In this document: piece by piece, positions 55,066-64,000 of the stretch
Position numbering within the stretch: the stretch's first letter is position 1
How the letters are laid out: the number at the start of each line of letters is the position of its first letter
NCBI GenBank assembly: GCA_964202455.1
Contig: CAXNIJ010000004.1
Location: 36,483-100,482, forward strand
Length of the DNA: 64,000 bases
Source: Candidatus Pacearchaeota archaeon
Lineage (GTDB): Archaea; Nanobdellota; Nanobdellia; Pacearchaeales; GW2011-AR1
Direction: 5' to 3'
Program-made: the position numbers and the translations under genes
Notes under the pieces: generated by a model
Databases searched by the model: none
Seen by the model: only the letters and a program-made list of their open reading frames with translations
What the model was told of the DNA's origin: nothing

Positions 55066-55332
55066 TCAATTAATTCTTTTCCTAGTCCAATTCGTATCAA
55101 AACTCTTTTTGTAAGAAATATAAGCCGCAATTAAAATAAAAACGCAAGTTAGAACGCCAGGGTATTCTTGCATAAAGACAAGAACAATTCCTGTAACTAA
55201 TGCGAGAACTATGACTCTCTTAAACCATTTTCTTCCTTGAATAAGTTCGTCGCGAGCGAGATGAGCTAACAGAAAACCTACTGGAATAGAAAAAATTAAT
55301 AAAACTAGTGAGAGAATAAGATTAGGCGACAT
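55066..55332 (-). CDS. small membrane protein (2-3 TM)
   Basis: 88-aa hydrophobic ORF that overlaps the PCD gene's end. Confidence 0.5.
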   Translation of the reverse strand: MSPNLILSLVLLIFSIPVGFLLAHLARDELIQGRKWFKRVIVLALVTGIVLVFMQEYPGVLTCVFILIAAYISYKKSFDTNWTRKRIN

Positions 55333-55597
55333 TGATTTTGTCTATTTCCTCCGCTACTAGAAAATCTTTATCTGTTAAAGTGTGTTCTGAATGAGTTGTT
55401 AGTGTAAGATGAACAAAAGTGTAATCTAGAATGATTGAGGGATGATGGTTGTGTTTCTCTGCAACTTCTCCGACTTTATTTACGAACTCCAATGCTTGTT
55501 TATAATCTGTAAAAGTATGATCTTTGACAATGGAACTACCTTCTAATGCCCAATCTTTAAGGACTTCCATCTTTTTTTGAATTTCGCCAAGGTTCAT
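55322..55597 (-). CDS. pterin-4-alpha-carbinolamine dehydratase (PCD/DCoH)
   Basis: ...F.DYKQALEFVNKVGEVAEKHNHHPSIILDYTFVHLTLTTHS...LTDKDF is the PCD signature. Confidence 0.85.
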   Translation of the reverse strand: MNLGEIQKKMEVLKDWALEGSSIVKDHTFTDYKQALEFVNKVGEVAEKHNHHPSIILDYTFVHLTLTTHSEHTLTDKDFLVAEEIDKINVA

Positions 55598-55839
55598 GAT
55601 ACTAGCTTTTGAATTTCTTCTACGAGCGCCTCTTCGGTAGAATAATCGTAGAAAACTCTGCCCTTGACATCAACTTGAGGCACGGGTATGCGTCCATCTT
55701 TCTTGACTGCTCCATTTGCACCTTCTTTATCTTGTATAATTTCAATTTCATTAAACTCTATTTTCTTTTGATTAAGAATTGATTTGAGTTTAATGCAGAA
55801 TGGACAACGCTCTAAAGTATAAACTGTTATCTCTGACAT
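55594..55839 (-). CDS. glutaredoxin-like protein
   Basis: ITVYTLERCPFCIKLKSIL (CPFC active site), later the PVPQV and GR motifs. Confidence 0.8.
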   Translation of the reverse strand: MSEITVYTLERCPFCIKLKSILNQKKIEFNEIEIIQDKEGANGAVKKDGRIPVPQVDVKGRVFYDYSTEEALVEEIQKLVS

Positions 55840-55889
55840 CTCTAGAAGAAAAGACGAAGCTTTAAATAATCTTCTTTCATGAATAAATT

Positions 55890-56078
55890 ATGGCTGATCA
55901 ACCTGAAGTCTCTAAAGAAGAGCGCATTGGATTCCACAAGGGCGCTTTAAGTACACTTGTTGCAGAGAGAAATGAAATGTTTAGAATAGTACAAATTACT
56001 GAAAGTCTTATACAGGCGCATGTTAAAGAGCTTGAAGCACTTGGAGTTAAACTACAACCGCAACCTGAAGAAAAATAG
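55890..56078 (+). CDS. small hypothetical helical protein
   Basis: 62-aa ORF. Confidence 0.35.
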   Translation: MADQPEVSKEERIGFHKGALSTLVAERNEMFRIVQITESLIQAHVKELEALGVKLQPQPEEK

Positions 56079-56087
56079 TAATCTGTT

Positions 56088-57368
56088 TTAATATCCGCTT
56101 GAACAATTCAAACAAAGCATTCTAGTCATTCCTCTTCCTGGGACAATATGGTTTTTACAGAACTCTTTAAAACAGCGACCGCATTTCTTAGTGCACTTCT
56201 TGCAATATTCTCTTCCACAATGATTACATGGTTTAAAACCGCAGAGTTTGCAAGATCCGAAAAGGCAACTCTTGCAGGGCAAACTGCAAGATTTACAAAT
56301 AACGTGACCAGATGAACAGATAGTTAGAGAGGAAAGAGAATTTGTACAACTTTCACATTCTACTGTCGAAAGTTCATTTTCTTTTGAATTATATCTGAAA
56401 TTTAAAGGTTTACCTATGACTTCAGAATTTTTCAATAGCATTGTACAATTGTAAATTGGATAATACATGACGGTAGTATTGAGAAGTTTTGTATCCATGT
56501 TTAGACCGTGCTTTTGCATTTCGTCATGGAGAAGAAATTCTTTTTCTTTTGTAAGTTTTGACTTTTTATCTTCTTCTGTAATTTTTTGAAGAGATTCAAT
56601 TATTTTCTTTACTCTGGCTGAAGCTTGAGAAGAAGTATCTGGAGAACGAGCAATTAATTTTTCTAGTTCTGCTTTTTGATTAATTAAATAATTAATTTGT
56701 TTATCTATTTCTTGTTCTTGCCTTTGATAGTGGGAAGTAATTCTCTGAATTTCTTTTGAGAGCTTGTCTTTTAGAGTTACGCTTATTTCTTGTATTTGAG
56801 GTTTGATAAGTTCTTTTAATCTTTCTCTAGCTGAAAGGTAATTATCTTTTATTCCTGCGATCTCAATATCTTCTTTTTTTCCCTCATCGAATTGGTAGCG
56901 TTTTTCATCAAACTCTATGGGCTTTCCATCTGCAAGGTAAATAGAAATCATCTTTTGGTCTTTTTCATTAAGATATTGGAAAGTGGTAAGAAAAGTGAAA
57001 CGAATAATTACTTTGTACTCGTGTTTTTTCTCGAAAGAAAATATTTCACAATTATTAAATACTATTTTATGTTTTATTAATTCTTTAGGATCTAGTGCGT
57101 GAACCTTAAGCAAGGTCGTCTGTCCTTTTTTTTCTAGATAGAGTGCCATTGCCTTGAGAAGGAAACTTCCTTTTGCTATTAGTTCTGTTTCTGAATTTTC
57201 TTCTGAGCGATCGAAGACTAACTTATAGGGTGAGCGTTTTCCGAAAAAGTCTTCAAAATCCTTTGGAATTTTTTCAACAACTAAAATTTCTCCGTTCCAG
57301 ACTGTTTTTGCCCCCAGATTCTTGAAAAAACTTGCTGTGAATTCTTTAAGCTCCGCCAATTCCTTCAT
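56088..57368 (-). CDS. SNF2-associated protein: N-terminal globular domain, coiled coil, and a C-terminal multi-zinc-ribbon (about 24 Cys)
   Basis: Starts 2 nt after the SNF2 stop. The C-terminus reads CESC...CSSGHVICKSCSLPCKSCLFGSCKLCGFKPCNHCGREYCKKCTKKCGRCFKEFCKNH...CLNC. Confidence 0.7.
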   Translation of the reverse strand: MKELAELKEFTASFFKNLGAKTVWNGEILVVEKIPKDFEDFFGKRSPYKLVFDRSEENSETELIAKGSFLLKAMALYLEKKGQTTLLKVHALDPKELIKHKIVFNNCEIFSFEKKHEYKVIIRFTFLTTFQYLNEKDQKMISIYLADGKPIEFDEKRYQFDEGKKEDIEIAGIKDNYLSARERLKELIKPQIQEISVTLKDKLSKEIQRITSHYQRQEQEIDKQINYLINQKAELEKLIARSPDTSSQASARVKKIIESLQKITEEDKKSKLTKEKEFLLHDEMQKHGLNMDTKLLNTTVMYYPIYNCTMLLKNSEVIGKPLNFRYNSKENELSTVECESCTNSLSSLTICSSGHVICKSCSLPCKSCLFGSCKLCGFKPCNHCGREYCKKCTKKCGRCFKEFCKNHIVPGRGMTRMLCLNCSSGY

Positions 57369-57370
57369 TT

Positions 57371-59308
57371 TTACTTGGCACCTCCGTTGTAAGCTACTTT
57401 CGACTCTATTTCATTAATTCCTTCATTTTTGTCTAAGACCTGGGCTGTTGCTTCTTTAGCTTTGTGATATTCGTTAATACCTTTGCCGACTATTTCTGCA
57501 ATCTTATCTACTTCCTGAGCGAATATGTCTAAATTGTCTTTTGAGTCAATGAACGCGTTCATAAGCATCTCTTCAATTTTGTGCATTCCTCCTGAACCTC
57601 GTTCATCTAGACCTAGATTAAATAAAATAATTGGTAGTTCTCCTATCACTAGACCTATGCAACACATCTTATTAATAATTAAATCTACTACATGTTCTTC
57701 TATAGTTCTTTTGGTTGCAAGACTATAAATTTGCATATCGCTTTTTTGTCCTATTCGATCTAAACGACCAATGCGTTGCTCTACTGCCATTGGATTCCAG
57801 GGCAAATCATAATTAATTAAAATGTGGCAAAATTGAAAATTCAAGCCCTCTGAACCTGTCTCTGTGCTGATCATTATTTGTGCGTCTTCTCTAAATTGCT
57901 TAACAATTGCAGATTTTTCTTCTCTTTCTAAGCCCCCAAGATAGTGCACTGTTTTAACTCCAAATTTCTCAATTTTTTCTGAAATATAACGAAGAGTTGT
58001 GGGGTGCTTTGTGTAAATTAGGACTTTTGCGTCTTTTTCTTCTTTAAGAATATTGCCTACAAGTTCTGTCAATTTTTCTATCTTTGAGTCTTTTTTGATA
58101 TTTTTATAATCTGATAGAATTTTTTGAGCAATCTCCCTAGTTGTAGAATGATATTTTTTATCATCAACTATTTTTTGAAGAGATTCCATAGCCGACCGAG
58201 ATGAGCTCGTTATCTTGGGAAGAATCGCAAAAATTACAAGTCGCCCGTTAATTTCTGCTCCATTTGCTGAAAAGTATTTTGTCTTGAGTAAATCACAAAT
58301 TGATTCGTAAATTCTAAGTTCTTCTGGAGACAAATCAACTGCTATAATTTTTGGAATTCTTTTCTTGTAATCTACTTTTGTTTGGTCACGCCTTCTTCTA
58401 ACCATTACTTCGTCTAGTCTCCTTTTTAGATCGTTTGGATTAAGTGGATGACGTTTATTACCTCTATGAAGAAATTGTTTTTTAAATTCCTGAATTGTTC
58501 CTAAATGCCCTCTTTTAAGTAAATTGAGAAGATTGTAGAGTTCATATAGGTCATTTTGAAAAGGTGTTGCTGTAAGAATAAGAAATCTTTTCTTTTTTAG
58601 TTTGTCTACAAATTCCCATCTAACTGTTTTTTTGTCTTTTAGTTTATGTGCCTCATCTACTATAAGTAAATCCCAAGATATGGTGTGCGCCCTATCATGT
58701 TTGAAAATCTGAGAGTCTTTATACTGAGTCTTTACTCTATCAAGAGAGGCAATTACAAATGGGGCAGTCCCCCAATCTTCCTCTTTTTCTATAATCTTAA
58801 AATTTAGACTAAATTTCTCTCTTAATTCTGCAACCCATTGATCTACCAGCGAAGGCGGTGTAAGAATAAGGCAAGTCTTTACTAGACCTCTTTCGATACA
58901 TTCACGCAATGCAATCCCTGCCGTAATTGTTTTTCCAAGGCCTACTTCGTCTGCAAGAAGTCCTGAACCATTTAAGTCTCTAAGAATTTTTAGTGCGCCT
59001 TCACGCTGATGAGGCAAATCATATTCCAGGTGTTTTTTTATAGATTCATAAGAAAGTAATTCTTTAATTTCATTATCCTGTGAAACTTCTTCAGCCTCAA
59101 TCTTAAGTTCCATAATTGCCTTTGAGTCGAACTGCTTTTTCTCTATTTTATCAAAGAATTCATCCCCTTCATCTGAGAATGATTCGCGAATAATGATGTC
59201 AAGAACATTCGAATCCTGTTCTTTAGCACCTGGAGTATTTTGTTTATTTTCTGCTAAACTAAGTTTATTATCTTGTTCGTACAGAATTCTCTGAGTTTCT
59301 GGTTCCAT
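57371..59308 (-). CDS. SNF2-family ATPase/helicase
   Basis: LLADEVGLGKT (I), LIVDEAHKLK (II), LTATPFQNDLYELYNLLNLL (III), GSEGLNFQ (V), NPMAVEQRIGRLDRIGQ (VI). Confidence 0.9.
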   Translation of the reverse strand: MEPETQRILYEQDNKLSLAENKQNTPGAKEQDSNVLDIIIRESFSDEGDEFFDKIEKKQFDSKAIMELKIEAEEVSQDNEIKELLSYESIKKHLEYDLPHQREGALKILRDLNGSGLLADEVGLGKTITAGIALRECIERGLVKTCLILTPPSLVDQWVAELREKFSLNFKIIEKEEDWGTAPFVIASLDRVKTQYKDSQIFKHDRAHTISWDLLIVDEAHKLKDKKTVRWEFVDKLKKKRFLILTATPFQNDLYELYNLLNLLKRGHLGTIQEFKKQFLHRGNKRHPLNPNDLKRRLDEVMVRRRRDQTKVDYKKRIPKIIAVDLSPEELRIYESICDLLKTKYFSANGAEINGRLVIFAILPKITSSSRSAMESLQKIVDDKKYHSTTREIAQKILSDYKNIKKDSKIEKLTELVGNILKEEKDAKVLIYTKHPTTLRYISEKIEKFGVKTVHYLGGLEREEKSAIVKQFREDAQIMISTETGSEGLNFQFCHILINYDLPWNPMAVEQRIGRLDRIGQKSDMQIYSLATKRTIEEHVVDLIINKMCCIGLVIGELPIILFNLGLDERGSGGMHKIEEMLMNAFIDSKDNLDIFAQEVDKIAEIVGKGINEYHKAKEATAQVLDKNEGINEIESKVAYNGGAK

Positions 59309-59428
59309 TTTCCTCTCTTATTAAAATTGAATTTAATTTGAGTATTTAATGATATAGATAATTCGGTTGATGTGTTTTTTTGATGGTTGGTTAAACTATA
59401 TAAGCCATCAAATCTTATTCGAAAAGCT

Positions 59429-60226
59429 ATGAAAATAAAAAAAGAGAATGGAGATAAAATCTCATTTAATTTGTCACCATCTAGTTTGAATCTGTACCAT
59501 CAAAGTCCACTTTTGTTTTATCTTACTCATATTGCCAAAGTTCCTGACGATACGCCAGTCCCTATTTGTTACGGTCTGTCTGGAAATATTGTTCATGAAT
59601 GCCTTGAAAAATATGCGAAGAAGCATTTTGACAGAGATGGTGCGTGCATACATTTTGCAGAGAAATGGGAAAAACAAAACCTTCATTTTCATAAAGACTT
59701 GAAAGGTCAATCGCTCAATCAAACTGAATATCTTATGGCTATGCTCAAAGGTATGCATATAATAGATCAACATGATCAACATATTTGTGAAGAAAATATA
59801 AATTTCCCATTTGTAGAAAATGAATATATGAAAATAGGTATAAAGGGCATCATTGACCTTCAAGCAATAAAAAAAGAAAGCAATCAATTTGTAATTATAG
59901 ATTATAAAACAAACAATAGCGTTGATCGTGGGATTAAATTTGAACGCCAAGCCATTTTCTATAATTTATTAATTCATAAAAAGAAGAATATACTTCCTTC
60001 AAAAACAAGTTTTCATTATCTTAAACTAGGATTATCTAAAGATTATATATTTGATACCGAAGATTTAGAGGCTTTTAAAGAAGAACTTGAAGCATTGGCA
60101 CAGGAGATATTATCTTTTGGAACGGACATAAGTAAATATCCTGCAGGAGAAATTGAAGATATATTTAATAGCAAAAAGAAAGCATGTTTAAGAGAGATAG
60201 AAAGAAGAAATTCTTTGGTTTACTGA
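59429..60226 (+). CDS. PD-(D/E)XK (RecB/Cas4-like) nuclease-fold protein
   Basis: LSPSSLNLYHQSPLLFYL, GNIVHECLE, IKGIIDLQA...FVIIDYKT (D...D/E-x-K) and QAIFYNLL. Alternative TTG start at 59387. No Cas4-type Cys cluster. Confidence 0.65.
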   Translation: MKIKKENGDKISFNLSPSSLNLYHQSPLLFYLTHIAKVPDDTPVPICYGLSGNIVHECLEKYAKKHFDRDGACIHFAEKWEKQNLHFHKDLKGQSLNQTEYLMAMLKGMHIIDQHDQHICEENINFPFVENEYMKIGIKGIIDLQAIKKESNQFVIIDYKTNNSVDRGIKFERQAIFYNLLIHKKKNILPSKTSFHYLKLGLSKDYIFDTEDLEAFKEELEALAQEILSFGTDISKYPAGEIEDIFNSKKKACLREIERRNSLVY

Positions 60227-60715
60227 TTACCTTGAGCCGCAGCCACATCCGCCACCAGCTCCACACATCGAGCCGGAAGCTACGGTGGTCTGAACATAAC
60301 TCGATTTAGAGCCATCTACTTCTAAAACACTAAGAGTTCCTTTATACATATTCATTGAACAGGCAAGATAGAAAGTCCCTGCTTTGTTAGGTGTGAATTC
60401 TATTGTATTTGAAGCAGAGTTAAATGTTTTAGTTATGCCTAATTCTGAGCTTATGACGCTTTTAGAACATCCAGGCATTCTAGAGATGTCTGCCTCTAAT
60501 CTTACTGGAATACCCTTCTTAACGGTTGAAGGTTCTAAGATATATTTTGACCCTTCTACATGCATTTTGACAATTTGCACTTCATCAGTATTTGCTGTAA
60601 CTCCACTTATTATTGCTCCACTAACGTTTCCTGTACCTCCTACGAGAAAGAATCCTGCTACTAGTAAAATGATTAAACTCATGCCCATCCAGATTACATT
60701 TTTATTTATTTTCAT
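60227..60715 (-). CDS. membrane-anchored cupredoxin-like domain protein
   Basis: TM anchor followed by a beta-sandwich-like domain ending FYLACSMNMYKGTLSVL. The tail is CGAGGGCGCGS. A paralogue lies at 63216..63614. Confidence 0.6.
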   Translation of the reverse strand: MKINKNVIWMGMSLIILLVAGFFLVGGTGNVSGAIISGVTANTDEVQIVKMHVEGSKYILEPSTVKKGIPVRLEADISRMPGCSKSVISSELGITKTFNSASNTIEFTPNKAGTFYLACSMNMYKGTLSVLEVDGSKSSYVQTTVASGSMCGAGGGCGCGSR

Positions 60716-60719
60716 AGTA

Positions 60720-62666
60720 TTAAATCTTGCTTCTTCTGAGCATATTCGCATTCATGACAACGGTTATAGAAGAGAGTGCCATGGCTATTTCGGCTACTAC
60801 TGGATGAAGAACTCCACCAACTGCTAGAGGAATAGCTATGACGTTATAAGCGAATGCCCAGAAAAGATTTTGTTTTATCTTTTTGAAAGTTGCTTTTGAT
60901 AAATTAATTGCTTGTACGACTCCTATGAGGGAACTGTTTGCTAATACTATATCTCCTGCTTCAATTGCTATGTCTGTTCCACTACCCATTGCAATGCTTA
61001 CATTGGCTTGCTTTAATGCTGGAGCGTCATTTATTCCGTCTCCGATGAATGCAACCATTCCTTGCTTTTGAAGCTCTTCAACATTTTTTGCTTTATCTTC
61101 TGGAAGAACGTTTGCGATTACCTTCTTTATACCTACATGCTTTGCAATTGCCTGGGCAGTTCTTTCATTATCTCCCGTAATCATCACAGTAAGATATCCT
61201 TTCTCATGTAATCTTCTTATTGCTTCGATTGAGTCTTCTTTAAGAGCATCTGCGACTGCAATTGCTCCAAGGGCTTTTTTATTTTTGGCTATAATCATAG
61301 TTGTTTTGCCTTCGCTTTCAAAAGTCTCTATGTTGTCTGTTATTCTTCCTAGTGTAACTCCAATTTCAGTCATGAGTGTTCTATTTCCTATATAGAAAGT
61401 ATCTCCTGCAATTTTTCCTTCTACACCTCTCCCTCTAAGAATTTTGAATCCTTTTACTGATTTATAAGATTTAACATCTGCTTTCTGAACAATCGCTTTT
61501 GCTATTGAATGTTCAGATAGTCTTTCTAGGGATGCAGCAATGTGCAAAAGCTCTCTTTCTGAGATACTTGAAATTGTTTTAATGTCAGTTACTTCAGGTT
61601 TTCCTTTAGTGATTGTACCCGTTTTATCGAATACAATCGTTTTTACTTCTTTCATTGTTTGAATCGCTTCGCCCTTTCTTATCAAAATTCCTCTCTTTGC
61701 ACCCATACCTGAACTTACCATTAAGGCTGTTGGAGTGGCTAATCCTAATGCGCAGGGGCAAGCAATTACAAGAACTGAGACTGCAACTCCTAATGCTCTA
61801 CTAAGATCTCCTGAAAGAAACCACCAATTTAGGAATGTAATTACTGCAAGAGCTAAAATAACTGGGACGAATACTGAAGTAATTTTATCTGCTAATTTTT
61901 GAATTGGAACTTTAGAGCCTTGAGCTTCTTCAACTAATTCTATAATGTGTGCGAGGAACGTTTCCTTTCCTACTTTTGTGACCTTGACAAAAAGAACTCC
62001 GTCTTGATTTATTGTTGCTCCAATAATATTACTGCCTTTTGTTTTGTCTGTTGGAAGACTTTCTCCTGTGACCATAGATTCATCAACTGAACTTTCTCCT
62101 TTTACAACTATTCCGTCTGTAGGAATTTTTTCCCCCGGTTTTATGAGCATTATATCTCCGACTTTCAATTCTTCACTTGGAATTTCAATTTCTTTGTTAT
62201 TTCTTATGACTCTTGCTTTTTTTGCTCCGAGTTCTAGAAGTTTTCTAATTTCTTGAGTTGCTTTTCCACGGGCTTGGGCTTCGACATATTTTCCTGTTGT
62301 GAAAAATGCCATAATCATTGCGGCGACTCCAGAATAATCTTGCACAATTCCTGTCCAGGAAAATAATCCAGTAACGTAAGCGACAATTGTTCCTAAAGCA
62401 ATTAGAGAGTCCATGTTTGCGTAGGTTGTAATCAATCCGCGCACTCCGCTTCGTATTGTTCCCCAGCCAAAAATAAAAATTACAGGAAATGCTAGGACTA
62501 ATATTGTAATTAAAGAATAAGGGTATTCTATTATCATGAATCCGAATAATCTTTCGGAAAGCATGATTACTGCAATTGGAATTGTTAAAAGCCAGGACAA
62601 AAGAAGTTTATTTCGCCAATCTTTTATCTCTGCATCTTCTGGTGGATTTTCGTGATTGTGTTTCAT
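60720..62666 (-). CDS. copA: P1B-type copper-translocating ATPase (no fused HMA domain)
   Basis: CPC in ACPCALGLATP, DKTGTIT, TGDN, GDGINDAP. Confidence 0.9.
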   Translation of the reverse strand: MKHNHENPPEDAEIKDWRNKLLLSWLLTIPIAVIMLSERLFGFMIIEYPYSLITILVLAFPVIFIFGWGTIRSGVRGLITTYANMDSLIALGTIVAYVTGLFSWTGIVQDYSGVAAMIMAFFTTGKYVEAQARGKATQEIRKLLELGAKKARVIRNNKEIEIPSEELKVGDIMLIKPGEKIPTDGIVVKGESSVDESMVTGESLPTDKTKGSNIIGATINQDGVLFVKVTKVGKETFLAHIIELVEEAQGSKVPIQKLADKITSVFVPVILALAVITFLNWWFLSGDLSRALGVAVSVLVIACPCALGLATPTALMVSSGMGAKRGILIRKGEAIQTMKEVKTIVFDKTGTITKGKPEVTDIKTISSISERELLHIAASLERLSEHSIAKAIVQKADVKSYKSVKGFKILRGRGVEGKIAGDTFYIGNRTLMTEIGVTLGRITDNIETFESEGKTTMIIAKNKKALGAIAVADALKEDSIEAIRRLHEKGYLTVMITGDNERTAQAIAKHVGIKKVIANVLPEDKAKNVEELQKQGMVAFIGDGINDAPALKQANVSIAMGSGTDIAIEAGDIVLANSSLIGVVQAINLSKATFKKIKQNLFWAFAYNVIAIPLAVGGVLHPVVAEIAMALSSITVVMNANMLRRSKI

Positions 62667-62878
62667 TATTCTACCTTCACTACCTTATATCCCACTTTAG
62701 AAACTGCTTTTTTCAAATCTTCTTCTGAAACAGAGTCTTCTGCTTCGACTGTTCCCTTTTTTAGCATGATGCTAACAGAAACCGTTTTCACTCCTGGAAC
62801 ATTTTTCAGACTTCTTTCAACATTTGAAGCGCATGAAGCGCAGTGCATTCCATCAAGAGTCAATTTAATTTTTTTCAT
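62666..62878 (-). CDS. copZ: heavy-metal-associated copper chaperone
   Basis: 70 aa with GMHCASCASNVE (MxCxxC). Confidence 0.9.
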   Translation of the reverse strand: MKKIKLTLDGMHCASCASNVERSLKNVPGVKTVSVSIMLKKGTVEAEDSVSEEDLKKAVSKVGYKVVKVE

Positions 62879-63214
62879 TTATTTTCTCCTCCTTTTGTCA
62901 AGAACCTTCTGGCTAAAGTTCTCAGTGCTTTTAGGTTCTTGAGCACCTCGAGAATCGAAGATTCTCTCAGCATTATCAGTGAGCTGTTTTACCAGCCATA
63001 AGATAAATAAGACTAAAACCAGCATTACTAAAATCATCATAATTATTCCGAAAATTCCACCATAACCTGACATCATTCCGTATCCAGTATAACTTCCATT
63101 CCCGTACCCGCATCCAAATAATCCTCCAGAATTTTTATTCATCATGGTGAATCCTCCAACTGCGACGAGTAATATGACTAATACTATAATCATTGCTGTT
63201 TCTTTGTTTTTCAT
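62879..63214 (-). CDS. Gly/Met/Tyr-rich small membrane protein
   Basis: 111 aa with two TMs flanking GGLFGCGYGNGSYTGYGMMSGYGG. Contiguous with copZ. Confidence 0.5.
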   Translation of the reverse strand: MKNKETAMIIVLVILLVAVGGFTMMNKNSGGLFGCGYGNGSYTGYGMMSGYGGIFGIIMMILVMLVLVLFILWLVKQLTDNAERIFDSRGAQEPKSTENFSQKVLDKRRRK

Positions 63215-63215
63215 T

Positions 63216-63614
63216 TTATGTTACTATTAAAGTTCCAGTCCCCATACCCATACTGCAGGCGAAGGTGTGGGTTCCTGGTTTAGCTATAGTGAATTCTACT
63301 GTATCTTGAGGAGTTTTGAGAAACTTACTAACTCCTATTGAACGAATCGTGAAATCTCTTAAGCAACCTGAGACAGAAGAATCAAGACTTAGACTAACTG
63401 GCTGACCGGATTTTATTGAAATAGTATTCGGATAGTAATTGTAATTTTTTACTCCGATAACTACTTTTTGCATTTCTAGAGTTGCAGTAGCTGTAGTAGT
63501 TTCACTTGTTTGTCTTAAATCTTTAGTTGAAGTATTTTTTAATAAAAACATTCCTGCAATTAATAAAATAATTAAAATTCCTATAATATACATTGTTGAA
63601 GTGTGAATTTTCAT
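63216..63614 (-). CDS. membrane-anchored cupredoxin-like domain protein (paralogue of 60227..60715)
   Basis: The internal ATG at 63614 overlaps the upstream stop (ATGA). The protein ends HTFACSMGMGTGTLIVT. Confidence 0.6.
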   Translation of the reverse strand: MKIHTSTMYIIGILIILLIAGMFLLKNTSTKDLRQTSETTTATATLEMQKVVIGVKNYNYYPNTISIKSGQPVSLSLDSSVSGCLRDFTIRSIGVSKFLKTPQDTVEFTIAKPGTHTFACSMGMGTGTLIVT

Positions 63615-64000
63615 TGGAATAACATGCTCCTTGGTCCGAAAACCATTAACCATATTGTTGCGACTGTTAAGAGAAAACTCCAAACTATAGTGAATGTGTG
63701 GTCTTCCCTGTGTCTTTGTTCTGTAGAACGTGTTTCTTTGTATATGAGCATACTCAATCCAATCAAGATACTTGCAGAAACTATCAAGACTATGACTCCT
63801 GCTGCCCTAATATTATCATTTAACATCATAATTGCAGTCATTGCCCCCATTAGTCCACCCATAAATCCAGACATTATTCCCTCCATTACTCCCATTATTC
63901 CGCAGCATTTTCCATTCCATGTCCCAAATAATATTCCTATGGTCATACCAAATACACTTCCCCAAAACATTCCATTTGTTGCTCCAACTAAAAACCCTGG
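63611..64000 (-). CDS. Met/Gly-rich polytopic membrane protein (5' end probably beyond the window)
   Basis: The frame stays open upstream of the Met at 63970 to the window edge (PGFLVGATNGMFWG...). Contains KCCGIMGVMEGIMSGFMGGLMGAMTAIMM. Confidence 0.5.
   Translation of the reverse strand, partial: PGFLVGATNGMFWGSVFGMTIGILFGTWNGKCCGIMGVMEGIMSGFMGGLMGAMTAIMMLNDNIRAAGVIVLIVSASILIGLSMLIYKETRSTEQRHREDHTFTIVWSFLLTVATIWLMVFGPRSMLFQ

Noticed and set aside
59474-59950. 158-aa minus-strand ORF
   Set aside because: It is antisense to the PD-(D/E)XK nuclease gene, which has recognisable motifs.
60384-60827. 147-aa plus-strand ORF, plus the plus-strand ORFs at 60883-63000
   Set aside because: They are antisense to the cupredoxin, copA and copZ genes.

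Overview
This is an AT-rich (by eye about one-third G+C, not computed), very gene-dense stretch that reads as archaeal chromosome, most like a small-genome DPANN-type archaeon. Archaeal markers: two-subunit PheRS (pheS/pheT), RNase P protein Rpp30, archaeal UMP kinase, Ogg2-type glycosylase, a TrmB regulator, TATA-like boxes about 25 nt upstream of many start codons, and an intron-containing tRNA. Housekeeping genes present are ileS, serS, pheST, pyrH, tatD, tag, ogg, a YlqF-type GTPase and four tRNAs (Glu, Gln, Thr, Trp). Between them lie accessory blocks: two RelE-type toxin-antitoxin pairs, several PIN-domain genes, a copper-export island, a large S8 protease and many small membrane or secreted proteins. 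I found no rRNA, CRISPR array, transposase or integrase. Most worth a second look: (1) a clear PafA/Dop (Pup-ligase/deamidase) family gene in an archaeal context with no Pup or proteasome gene nearby; (2) an operon of a wHTH regulator, an unknown 390-aa protein, a DapF-like epimerase, a VanX-like D-Ala-D-Ala dipeptidase and a three-gene ABC-2 transporter; (3) a tRNA-Glu(CUC) split by a 146-nt hairpin-rich intron that shares hairpin modules, with compensatory base changes, with two roughly 200-nt intergenic elements at 21.6 kb and 40.0 kb; (4) an SNF2 ATPase coupled to a Cys-rich zinc-ribbon protein, divergent from a PD-(D/E)XK nuclease; (5) orphan GlnD-like and DisA signalling enzymes; (6) GC-rich islands and imperfect direct repeats bracketing small cassettes at 53.9-55.0 kb; (7) decay or rearrangement footprints: an in-frame amber codon in an AbrB-PhoU gene, a diverged nif3 5' fragment, and a poly-A frameshift ahead of a lipobox. 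All functional calls come from motifs read by eye. No database search was run.
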